From an uncultured Candidatus Rokubacteria bacterium (GTDB lineage Bacteria > Methylomirabilota > Methylomirabilia > Rokubacteriales > DASRDR01), in contig CAWGVS010000004.1 of NCBI GenBank assembly GCA_963826115.1, positions 128,001 to 192,000 of the forward strand: 64,000 nt of DNA, read 5' to 3'. Below the pieces are notes generated by a model. That model worked only from the letters and a program-made list of their open reading frames with translations, had not been told where the DNA came from and made no database searches. A program made the position numbers and the translations under genes. Positions 1 to 8,297 of this stretch are shown here, one piece after another; positions within the stretch are counted from its first letter, which is position 1, and every line of letters begins with the position of its first letter.

Positions 1-532
1 CGTCGAGACCCCAGAGCATTGCCGGCACGAGCGCCATCGCGAAGCCCGCCGGGTGACCGCCGAAGAGCGGGCCCGTGCGTGCCGGCAGGAGCGCGAAGCC
101 GATGCCGGCGATGACCGCGGCCGCGGGATCCCCGGTGAGGCGGCGGGTCAGGCCGAACGCCGCCAGGGCCGCCGCGGGAAACGAGAGCAGGACGAGCAGG
201 TTGTACGCGGCGTGGTGGCCGAATCCCGAGAGGAGAGTGAAGGGCACCGACAGCGGCAGGAAGGCCTGGGGCAGGTTCCATCGCGGGCCGTTCACGCGGA
301 ACTGGTAGGGATCGGTGAAGAGCGGCGTCGGCCCGAGGAGCCCGTCGCGGAAGAGCCAGAGCTGGTAGTAGAGCTGCAGCGTGTCGGCCGGCACGCGCGT
401 GAGGACCGCCAGCTCCGTGAGCTGGCGGGCGCCGACCGGAAGGCCGCGCGTCAGCTCGGCGGGCAGCGGGCGCGAGACGACCAGCGCGGCGCCGAGCGCC
501 ACGACCGCGACCGTGAGGGCCGGCCACCTCAC
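1..532 (-). CDS. Polytopic membrane protein, GT-C-like, paralog of 529..3471 (3' end runs off the window)
   Basis: Not in the ORF track; translated by hand. GTG at 532 overlaps the upstream TGA. Reads MRWPALTVAVVALG...DTLQLYYQLWLFRDGLLGPTPLFTDPYQFRVNGPRWNLPQAFLP...GGHPAG, closely matching the N-terminus of the adjacent gene. Confidence 0.8.
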   Translation of the reverse strand, partial: MRWPALTVAVVALGAALVVSRPLPAELTRGLPVGARQLTELAVLTRVPADTLQLYYQLWLFRDGLLGPTPLFTDPYQFRVNGPRWNLPQAFLPLSVPFTLLSGFGHHAAYNLLVLLSFPAAALAAFGLTRRLTGDPAAAVIAGIGFALLPARTGPLFGGHPAGFAMALVPAMLWGLD

Positions 533-3471
533 GCGGGGCCCTCCAGGCGCTCGATGCGGAGTCGATCGAACCACACGCCGACGCCGCCGCGGTAGGCGCA
601 GGGGAACTCGAGGACCGCGGCGCGCTCCACGGTGAAGGGGATGGCGAGCTCCACGTACCGATCGGGCTCAGGGATCTCGGCGCCCAAGAGCTCCCGCCCC
701 GCGAGCTCCCCGCCGCGCGAGGCGAGCTCCGCGCCGCAGCGCGCGACGGCGCCGGGGAAGCGCTGGTCGAGCTTGAGCCGGATCCAGAGCCGGTAGTGGC
801 CGGCCGGATAGCGTCGGAGCGGGCCGGTCCAGACGATGTCGCGGACGGTGCGTTCCGGCGCCGCGTGGCCCGCGATGCCGCCCGAGGCATGGGGATCGAA
901 GCGCTCCTGGAGCTCGTGGCCGAGCACCTCCACCTCGAAGACCGAGGCGGGATCCACCTCGGCCGCGAAGGCCACCGACACCGCATCGACGGCGACCCAG
1001 CCCAGACCGTCCCAGCCCGCGCGGTACTCGACGGTGGTGGGCGCCGGCACCGTGAACGGCACTGGCACCTCGGCGAACGCGCCGTCGGCCAGGTGGATCC
1101 CGGCGTGACCGAGGACCTCGCGGCCGCCTCGCGACGTGACCTGGAGCTCCACCCGGGTGCCGGCGCCCTTCAGGCGGAAGCGCGCGCGGTAGTCCCCGGG
1201 CGGGAGCAGCCGATACGGGCCGGACATGACGAATCCCGGGCGGTCCACGCCGCTTCGCGCCAGGGTCACGCGCCCGTTCGAGGCGTCGGGATCCTCGGTG
1301 ACGCGGCCACTGTCCCGCCCCAGGGACTCCGCCTCCCAGAAGATGCCGAGCGGGCTCGTGAGCGGCGGCCCGGGCGGCACCGACCGCGGCGTCTCCCGGA
1401 CGCGGAAGACGTGGAGCGCCCAGTCGCCCGCCGGAGTCTCGACGGGATCGAGGAAGGGCGAGGTCCGGAGGTAGGCCAGCGTGAGCGCCGGCCCGAAGGC
1501 GCTCACCTTCAGCGGGAACGCGTCCCGGTGGAGGATCACCTGGCTGACGCCGAGCCGCTGAAGCGTCGCGGCTTCGCTCTCGCCGACCACGCCGAGGTTC
1601 ACGGCCTCCAGCGGGCGATAGACGTCGGTCAGGTACGACCGGTCGAGCCAGGCCGAGTAGCCGTTCAGCATCGGCACGCGCGTCAGCGTGGTCGCGTAGA
1701 GGTAGAGCCCGGAGTAGGCGCTGTCGCCGGGCCAGAGCGGGATCCACACGGCGCGTGGCCCCTGCGCGCGGATGGTCTCGAACTCCGGGCCCCCCGAGGG
1801 CAAGCCGCTGATGCCCGTGGCCCGCCACGGATGATAGTCGACCGCGACCAGGAGTCCGAGGACGAGCGCCGCGAGCGCGCGCCCCCGCCGCCACCGCGCG
1901 GTCAGCCAGTCCGTCCCGACCGCGCCCAGGACGGCGAGGCCGAGGGCCGCGATGACCTGCGCCTTCGCGGGCTGACGGATGAAGTTCCACGACGGCACGA
2001 GCCGGAACGCGACCTCGAACAGGGGGAACGCCTCGAGCCGGGGGCCGAGGGACACGATGATCCCCGTCGCGAGCATGGGCGCGAAGAGCCACAGCATCCG
2101 GCGGAGGCCCGTGGGCCGCTGGCGCGCCAGCGCGACGACGGCCACGACGGCGAGGGCGAGCGCCACGACGCCCGGGTACACGGTGCGCCCGGACGCCAGA
2201 TTGACGCGCGTGAAGAAGTCGTCCGGCGTCGGCGAGAAGAGGAGGACCTCGTGGAGCGTCCGGCCGGCCCCTGACACCGAGCGGCGGAGGAGCAGCCGCT
2301 GGAGGAGGAGCAGGAAGCCGCCGGCCGCCAGTCCGCCGGCGACGGCGAACGCCACCGGGACCACCGGCAGCCGCGGCGTCCACCAGCGTCGCCACGCGGC
2401 GGCGAGCCATGCGGCGTGAATGGCGATCGGCAGCGCGAGGGCGAGCGCCACCACCCGGCCGCGTCCCGTCGCCGCCAGCGCGGCGAGGAGCCACGGGAGG
2501 CACGCCGCGAGGCTTCGCCGCGCCGCGGCGCGCGGCTCCGTCATCACGCCGGCCGCGAGGAGCCAGGCCGCGAGCGCCTGCCAGATCGCGAGCCCGAGGA
2601 GCGCGACCACTGCGCCGATCGCGAGGCGCACGGGCAGCGGGTCCTGCCAGCCCTGCCGTGCGAGCGCGCCGAGCGCCCCGTACCCGAGCGCGACGCCCAC
2701 CGCGCCCGCCCCCGCTGCCGCGTCCCAGCCGACGGCGAGGAGCCCCGGACGCCACGCGGGGATGCCCACGCGCGCGAGCGCGTAGAGCGGGAGCCCGAGC
2801 GCGGCGAAGTAGGCGAAGTGCGGCTCCATCAGCGCGAGGCCGAGGAGCGCCCCGCCCGCCACGAGCCCGCTCCGGACGGATCCGGCGAGCGCGCCCTCGA
2901 CGCCCCACAGCACGAGGGGCACGAGCGGGTACGCCAGCCCCGCGGGATGCCCGCCGAGGAGCGCCCCGACCCGGTACGGCGCGCACGCGAACACGACCCC
3001 CGCCACGAACGCGCCCGCCCGCGAGACGCCGTATCGCCGGGCGAGGAGCGCGGCCGCCACGCCGGCGAACGGGAAGGACAGGAGGACGAGCGCGTTGTAG
3101 GCGAAGCGGTGGCCGAGCGCCGAGAGCGGGACGAAGAGGAAGGCCGCGGGCAGGAAGATGTTCGGGAGATTGGGCCGCGCGCCGTTGACCGCGAACTGGT
3201 AGGGGTCCTTCAGGAAGGAGGCGCCCGAGAAGAGCCGCTCCTCGACGAGCCAGAGGTAGTAGTAGAACTGCAGGTAGTCGCCCTGGACGCCGTACGCGAG
3301 CTCGCGGCCCGGGCTCGCGACCGCAGCGTACGGCAACGCGTCGTGGAGGTGTCGGACGAGGGGCGCCGTGAAAAGGGCGCCCAGGAGGAGGTACAGGAGG
3401 AAGAAGCCGACCGCGGCGCCGCGCCCGAAGCGCAGGAGGCTATCGCCCCTCGAGGCAGGTCCGGTAGACAT
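529..3471 (-). CDS. Large membrane protein, GT-C/YfhO-like glycosyltransferase with two C-terminal CBM-like beta-sandwich repeats
   Basis: 980 aa with many TM helices; GDYLQFYYYLW loop; LLNGYS-like 'MLNGYS' motif; two repeats (WEAESL..DASNG..GPY..LPPGDY and FEVEVL..HASGG..GPL..YPAGHY). Confidence 0.65.
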   Translation of the reverse strand: MSTGPASRGDSLLRFGRGAAVGFFLLYLLLGALFTAPLVRHLHDALPYAAVASPGRELAYGVQGDYLQFYYYLWLVEERLFSGASFLKDPYQFAVNGARPNLPNIFLPAAFLFVPLSALGHRFAYNALVLLSFPFAGVAAALLARRYGVSRAGAFVAGVVFACAPYRVGALLGGHPAGLAYPLVPLVLWGVEGALAGSVRSGLVAGGALLGLALMEPHFAYFAALGLPLYALARVGIPAWRPGLLAVGWDAAAGAGAVGVALGYGALGALARQGWQDPLPVRLAIGAVVALLGLAIWQALAAWLLAAGVMTEPRAAARRSLAACLPWLLAALAATGRGRVVALALALPIAIHAAWLAAAWRRWWTPRLPVVPVAFAVAGGLAAGGFLLLLQRLLLRRSVSGAGRTLHEVLLFSPTPDDFFTRVNLASGRTVYPGVVALALAVVAVVALARQRPTGLRRMLWLFAPMLATGIIVSLGPRLEAFPLFEVAFRLVPSWNFIRQPAKAQVIAALGLAVLGAVGTDWLTARWRRGRALAALVLGLLVAVDYHPWRATGISGLPSGGPEFETIRAQGPRAVWIPLWPGDSAYSGLYLYATTLTRVPMLNGYSAWLDRSYLTDVYRPLEAVNLGVVGESEAATLQRLGVSQVILHRDAFPLKVSAFGPALTLAYLRTSPFLDPVETPAGDWALHVFRVRETPRSVPPGPPLTSPLGIFWEAESLGRDSGRVTEDPDASNGRVTLARSGVDRPGFVMSGPYRLLPPGDYRARFRLKGAGTRVELQVTSRGGREVLGHAGIHLADGAFAEVPVPFTVPAPTTVEYRAGWDGLGWVAVDAVSVAFAAEVDPASVFEVEVLGHELQERFDPHASGGIAGHAAPERTVRDIVWTGPLRRYPAGHYRLWIRLKLDQRFPGAVARCGAELASRGGELAGRELLGAEIPEPDRYVELAIPFTVERAAVLEFPCAYRGGVGVWFDRLRIERLEGPA

Positions 3472-4609
3472 CGACGAGCCGCCTGCCTAGCGCCGACCAC
3501 CCGAAGTGGGCGACGGCGCGCTCGCGGAGCGCCTGGCCTCGGAGCTTCTGCTCGTGCGGGTCCCGGAGCAGCCCGACGATGGCCCCCGCGAGGGCCGCGA
3601 CGTCCCGCATGGGCGCGAAGACGCCGGCTTCGCCGAGGAGCTCCCGTGAGACTGCGCCGTCGTAGGCCACCGACGGCAGCCCCATCGCCATGTAGTTGAG
3701 CAGCTTCCCGTTGGCCTCGGTACTGACGTGCTTGGCGCTCACCCCGACCTCACCGAGGGCGAGATAGCTCGGCGTCTCGCCGTAGTCGATGCGACCGGTC
3801 AGCGTGACCGAGCCGGGCGGCGTCAGCTCGGCGGCCCGGGCCCGGTAGCGCTCGACGTTGGGATGTCCCATCAGGAGCAGGTGCGCGTCGGGGACGGCGG
3901 CCACGACGGCGGGCCAGGCGGCGAGGAGATCGTCGATGCCCTGGTACTCGGTGAGGACGCCGAGGTAGACCACCACGCGCTTGCCGACGAGCCCGAGCCG
4001 CTCGCGAAGGTGGTCCGGCGCCGGCCCGGGGCGGAGGAACTCCGGGTCGATCCCGTCGGCAAGCAGCACGACCCGCTCCGGCGGGATCCGCCAGACGTCG
4101 AGGAGCTCCCGCTCGAAGTTGGCGGAGGAGGGGAGGAGCCGCGCCGGCCAGTGGAGCACCACCCGCTCGAAGCGCTTGAGGGCCGCCGGCAGCGGGCCGC
4201 CCGCCGGCAGGTGGCCGTGCGCGATCATCTCGCCCGCCACGCTGCCCTGGAGGTCGGCCACCGCCGGCCGGCCGACGAGCCGCCCGACGACCGCGGCGAT
4301 CGCCGCGCCCTCGTGGAGGTGCCCGTGCAGGACGTCCGGCCGGAAGCGCCGCGCCGCCCGGAGCGTGGTGCCGAGGAGCATCGTGTCCAGGTAGGGCCGG
4401 TGGGGCGAGAAGCCGACGGGCAAGGTCCGCACCCACGGGACGTGCGGCGTGCGCACCGTCTCGACCTCCGGGTGATCGCGCCCCACCGCGTAGGTCGTCA
4501 CCAGGGTCTCGACACCGAGGCCGCGGAGCGCCCGGACCTCCTCGAGGATCCGGATGTGACACCCGCGGTCCCCGAAGAACGGCGTCGGGGCGACCATCAG
4601 CACGCGCAT
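3440..4609 (-). CDS. Glycosyltransferase family 4 (GT-B)
   Basis: Start re-picked at MRVLMVAPTPFFGDRG; YLGVLTEYQGIDDLL and EANGKLLNYMAMGLPSV resemble the GT4 C-terminal motifs. Confidence 0.9.
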   Translation of the reverse strand: MRVLMVAPTPFFGDRGCHIRILEEVRALRGLGVETLVTTYAVGRDHPEVETVRTPHVPWVRTLPVGFSPHRPYLDTMLLGTTLRAARRFRPDVLHGHLHEGAAIAAVVGRLVGRPAVADLQGSVAGEMIAHGHLPAGGPLPAALKRFERVVLHWPARLLPSSANFERELLDVWRIPPERVVLLADGIDPEFLRPGPAPDHLRERLGLVGKRVVVYLGVLTEYQGIDDLLAAWPAVVAAVPDAHLLLMGHPNVERYRARAAELTPPGSVTLTGRIDYGETPSYLALGEVGVSAKHVSTEANGKLLNYMAMGLPSVAYDGAVSRELLGEAGVFAPMRDVAALAGAIVGLLRDPHEQKLRGQALRERAVAHFGWSALGRRLVDVYRTCLEGR

Positions 4610-4618
4610 CGGCGCCTC

Positions 4619-4627
4619 ATTGTAGCA
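4619..4627 (-). promoter_or_regulatory. Extended -10 (TGCTACAAT), 9 nt upstream of the GT4 ATG
   Basis: TGnTAnnnT match in an otherwise GC-rich intergenic gap. Confidence 0.5.
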
Positions 4628-4665
4628 GAGGGCCTCGGCGCGCCCGGCGGGCCGGGCGGCGCCGG

Positions 4666-5547
4666 TCAGGCGGGCAGATGCCCCCTGGCGCGGAGGTAGG
4701 CGCGGAGGGCGTCGGCCCAGGGCGGCAGCGGCGGCAGCCCGAGCGCGGCGGCGCGCGCGTTCCGCAAGACCGAGTACGGCGGGCGCCGGGCCGGCGCGTC
4801 GTACGCGGCGCTCGTCGTCGGCGTGAGCCGGGGCGTCCGCCCGCAGAGCTCGAAGATCCGCCGTGCGAACTCGAACCACGAGCACTCGCCCGCGTTGGTG
4901 AGGTGGTAGACCCCGCCCGGCGGGTCCGCCGCCACGAGCCGGGCGATCGCCTGGGCGAGGTCCGCCGTGTGGGTCGGCGCGAGCACCTGATCGTCGACGA
5001 CCTGGAGGGGCTTGCCCTCGCCCGCCAGGCGCAGCATCGTCTCGACGAAATTCCCGCCCTTGCCCGCCGAGCCCGCCACGCCGTAGAGCCCCGACGACCG
5101 GACGATCACGTGCTCCGGGCCCGCGTTCTGGATGAGCCGCTCGCCGGCGAGCTTCGAGACGCCGTACACGCTGAGGGGAGCGGGCGGGGCATCCTCCGCG
5201 TACGGCCCCGGCGGGCCGCCGCCGAACACGTAGTCGGTGCTGAGGTGGAGGAGGCGCGCCCCCCGGCGGGCGCATGCGACGGCGAGCCCGCGCGCCGCGA
5301 CCGCATTCACGGCGAAGGCGAGCTGCGCCTCCCCGCGCTCGTCCTTCTCGATGTCGTCGACCCGGTGAAAGGCGGCGGTGCTGACCACCCACCGGGGCGC
5401 GTGGGCGGCGAGGATCCGGGCGACGGCGGCGGGATCGGTGACGTCGAGGTCGGCGCGCTTGAGCGGGATCAGCGACGCGGCGGGCAGGACCTTCAGGAGG
5501 TCGCTGCCGAGCTGACCGCCCGCTCCTACGAGGAGGATGGGGCCCAC
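4666..5547 (-). CDS. rfbD: dTDP-4-dehydrorhamnose reductase
   Basis: GAGGQLG, STDYVF, YGVSK and VVDDQ..APT motifs of RmlD. Confidence 0.9.
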   Translation of the reverse strand: MGPILLVGAGGQLGSDLLKVLPAASLIPLKRADLDVTDPAAVARILAAHAPRWVVSTAAFHRVDDIEKDERGEAQLAFAVNAVAARGLAVACARRGARLLHLSTDYVFGGGPPGPYAEDAPPAPLSVYGVSKLAGERLIQNAGPEHVIVRSSGLYGVAGSAGKGGNFVETMLRLAGEGKPLQVVDDQVLAPTHTADLAQAIARLVAADPPGGVYHLTNAGECSWFEFARRIFELCGRTPRLTPTTSAAYDAPARRPPYSVLRNARAAALGLPPLPPWADALRAYLRARGHLPA

Positions 5548-5556
5548 GGCCCCATG

Positions 5557-6615
5557 CTACTGCCGGGTTGCGGGAGCGTCGAGCACCGAGCCGGGGATGC
5601 CGGCGGCCTTGCGGTCGTCCTCGAGTTGCTGGAGCCAGCGGATGTTGTAGTACCGCGGATTCTCGAAGTCGTTCCGGCCGTCGGCGCGGATTCGCTGCAT
5701 GATATCGACCACGGCCTCCTCGATGGAGACCTTCGGGCGGAAGTTGAGGACCCGCGCGATCTTCTCGCCCGACACCCGATAATTTCGGACGCTCCCGTGG
5801 TGGTAGTCGGGGCGCACGTCGACCTCTATCCCGAACCGCCGGAGCGACTCCCGGACGCGGAGGGCGAGCTCCGAGACGCGGAGATTCTGGTAACAGAGGT
5901 TGAAGATCTCCCCGCGCACCATGGCGTCGTCCGCCTCGACGAGAGCGATGTAGGCTAGCGCGGCGTCCCGGACGTCCACGAGGGGCCGCCACATCTCGCC
6001 GCCGTGATGAAGCGTCAGCCGGCCCTTGGTGAGGGCGTCCCGGACGAAGGTGTTGACCACCAGGTCGTAGCGCATCCGGGGCGAGTACCCGTAGACCGTG
6101 CCCTTCCGGAGCGCGACGGGGCAGAAGCTCCCATCGGCCATGGGCAGGATCTCGCGCTCGGCCTCGTACTTCGACCGGGAGTAGGGCGCCCGCGGGGCGA
6201 CCGGGGAGGTCTCGTCCTGGAGGACGTCCACCCGCTCGTCCACGATCCCGCAGTCGTAGATCGAGCAGGAGGAGGCGAGGACGTAGCGGCGGACGCCCCG
6301 GGCCTTGCAGAGCCGCGCGAGGGCCACCGTCGCCACGGTGTTCATCTCGTGGTTGGCGCGCGGGTTGTACTCCGCGGTCGGGTCGTTCGACAGCCCGCCC
6401 ACGTTGACGACGGCGTCGATGCCCTCGAGCACCTCGGGGCCGACGGCGCGCATGTCCGCCTCGACGACCTCGATGCGGTCGCGCACGGCGCGGAGGCCGG
6501 CGTCGCCGAAGAAGAGGCGGTCGAGCACGCGGACGGCATAGCCGCGCTGGACGAGCTCCTCGGTCAGGATCGAGCCGACGTAGCCCGCGCCGCCGACGAC
6601 CAGGACCCGCCGCAC
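5557..6615 (-). CDS. NAD-dependent nucleotide-sugar epimerase/dehydratase (extended SDR)
   Basis: GGAGYVG, ASSCSIY, YSRSK, TVYGYSPRMRYDLVVN. Confidence 0.9.
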   Translation of the reverse strand: MRRVLVVGGAGYVGSILTEELVQRGYAVRVLDRLFFGDAGLRAVRDRIEVVEADMRAVGPEVLEGIDAVVNVGGLSNDPTAEYNPRANHEMNTVATVALARLCKARGVRRYVLASSCSIYDCGIVDERVDVLQDETSPVAPRAPYSRSKYEAEREILPMADGSFCPVALRKGTVYGYSPRMRYDLVVNTFVRDALTKGRLTLHHGGEMWRPLVDVRDAALAYIALVEADDAMVRGEIFNLCYQNLRVSELALRVRESLRRFGIEVDVRPDYHHGSVRNYRVSGEKIARVLNFRPKVSIEEAVVDIMQRIRADGRNDFENPRYYNIRWLQQLEDDRKAAGIPGSVLDAPATRQ

Positions 6616-6616
6616 C

Positions 6617-7081
6617 CTAGCGCCCCTTCACCGTCCACACGTCGCCGAACGCGTCCGGGGGGATCCGCACCTCGTCGGGCTTCGCGTGGTTGTAGACGTG
6701 GCTCGCGGTGCTGACCATTTGGGTGTCGTCCTCGAGGGACATCCACCCGTGGTACACGCCGGGCGGGACCACGATCAGCCGGGGCTTCCGGGCGCTCGAG
6801 ATCACCGTCATGAGCTGCCCGAAGGTCCGGCTCTCCGGGCGGTCGTCCTTCAGCACGAACTTGGCGCTGCCGTGGCTGATGAAGAACCAGTCCCAGAGCT
6901 CCTCGTGCTTGTGGAAGGCCCGGACGGTGCCCCGCGCGGGATCCCCGACGAGGTACACCTGGCCGAACCGGTGGACCACCGCGTGGGGCTCGGTATCCCC
7001 GGCGTGCCGGGCGATCTCCGTGAGGTACCCCCGGTCGTCCTCGTGGGTGGTGAGCTCGACTACCTTCACGCCGTCGATCAT
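6617..7081 (-). CDS. dTDP-4-dehydrorhamnose 3,5-epimerase (RmlC)-like cupin
   Basis: MIDGVKVVELTTHEDDRGYLTE, RAFHKH, VPPGVYHGW; GGAG-type RBS upstream of ATG 7081. Confidence 0.85.
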   Translation of the reverse strand: MIDGVKVVELTTHEDDRGYLTEIARHAGDTEPHAVVHRFGQVYLVGDPARGTVRAFHKHEELWDWFFISHGSAKFVLKDDRPESRTFGQLMTVISSARKPRLIVVPPGVYHGWMSLEDDTQMVSTASHVYNHAKPDEVRIPPDAFGDVWTVKGR

Positions 7082-7147
7082 CGTCCGTCCACTCCGTCCA
7101 TGACGCCGCCGACCGAGCCCAACTTGGTCCAGCAGCAAGATCGCCAG

Positions 7148-7153
7148 ATTATA
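7148..7153 (-). promoter_or_regulatory. Perfect -10 hexamer TATAAT upstream of the rmlC-like gene
   Basis: TATAAT on the minus strand in a 128-bp intergenic region; no clear -35. Confidence 0.45.
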
Positions 7154-7209
7154 CGGACGGTTGCGAGGCACGTCGTGTCGGGATTTCCCCGACCGTACGG
7201 CGACGTGCC

Positions 7210-8250
7210 CTAGACCCGGGCGAGGCGACGGAGCCAGCCGTACGACATGAGATGGTCGGTCAGGAAGGTCTTCAGGTAGTCGGTCGGCACCGCCATGACC
7301 TGGTGGCGCCAGATGCGGTCGCACGTGTAGCAGGGGAGCTCCTTCGGGATGTCGCCCGTGGCCATCTTGGCCCGGAGGTCGACCAGCCGCGAGTCGTTCC
7401 AGATCTCGCGGAGAGGCTTCTGCTTGAGGTCGCCCATGCCGAGCTTCCCGAAGAAGTCCTGGGGGCACGCGACGACGGTGCCGTCCCAGTAGACCGACGT
7501 GGAGTACCAGAGGAACGTGCAGGGCGTGAACCGCCGCCCGTCGGCGAGGAGGGCCTCGCGCGAGAGCTCGGGCACGAAGACGTCACCCGCCCAGTTGTGG
7601 GGCGTCCGCAGGACCACGCGGTCGAGCGGCAGGTCCTTGAAGTTCTCGAGGAAGGTCCGCCGGAGGCGCTTCAGCTCGTCCTTGGGCGGCGCCCCGATCT
7701 CCATGACCTGGAGCACGGTCAGCGGGTGCTTGGCGCCGAGGTCGCGCTTCAGGCGGAGGAAGCCCTTCAGGTGCTCGAGCGCCCACTCGAACTTGGCGCC
7801 CACGCGGTTCTTCTCGTACATGTCCTTCTCGTACCCGTCGAAGGAGCACGAGAGGAAGTCGAGCCCGGACTCGATGAGCGCCCGGCCCTTCTTCTCGTTG
7901 AGCAGCGTGATGTTGGTGTGCACCCGCGTGTAGAGGCCCTTGTCCCGGGCGTAGGCGACCATGTCGGCGAGCCGCGGGTGCATGAGCGGCTCGCCGCGAT
8001 GGAAGAGATTCACGTCGTAGGCGTGGTCCTTGACCTGGTCGATGATCGAGGTGTAGAGCCCGAAGTCCATGAAACCGTGGTCTTCCTTGACCACGTCCTT
8101 GTTCGGGCAGTAGCCGCACTTCAAGTTGCAGCGGCTGGTCGACTCGATCCAGAGGCGGACCGGGAGCTGCGGGACCTTCGACGCGCCCGTCCGGTAGGCC
8201 CAGAAGATGCGGGCCAGTCGCCCCATGTGACGGAGCTTCCGCGAATCCAT
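7210..8250 (-). CDS. Radical SAM protein with SPASM/twitch domain
   Basis: CNLKCGYC (CxxxCxxC), GEPLMHP, SFDG; C-terminal CTFLW..WDGTVVACPQD..PCYTCD. Confidence 0.9.
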   Translation of the reverse strand: MDSRKLRHMGRLARIFWAYRTGASKVPQLPVRLWIESTSRCNLKCGYCPNKDVVKEDHGFMDFGLYTSIIDQVKDHAYDVNLFHRGEPLMHPRLADMVAYARDKGLYTRVHTNITLLNEKKGRALIESGLDFLSCSFDGYEKDMYEKNRVGAKFEWALEHLKGFLRLKRDLGAKHPLTVLQVMEIGAPPKDELKRLRRTFLENFKDLPLDRVVLRTPHNWAGDVFVPELSREALLADGRRFTPCTFLWYSTSVYWDGTVVACPQDFFGKLGMGDLKQKPLREIWNDSRLVDLRAKMATGDIPKELPCYTCDRIWRHQVMAVPTDYLKTFLTDHLMSYGWLRRLARV

Positions 8251-8257
8251 CCGACCG

Positions 8258-8266
8258 AGTATAGCA
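8258..8266 (-). promoter_or_regulatory. Extended -10 (TGCTATACT), 7 nt upstream of the ATG (leaderless-type)
   Basis: TGnTATACT-N7-ATG with no SD. Confidence 0.55.
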
Positions 8267-8297
8267 CCCGGGCTCGAGCGGCCCGCCGATCGGGCGG

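Noticed and set aside
3440-5992. Apparent 850-aa GT4 fusion
   Set aside because: The upstream part is an off-frame read through rfbD and the SDR gene; the real start is ATG 4609.
7210-8250. RiPP maturase cluster
   Set aside because: No precursor peptide, RRE/PqqD domain or peptidase/transporter nearby; the context is entirely glycan biosynthesis.
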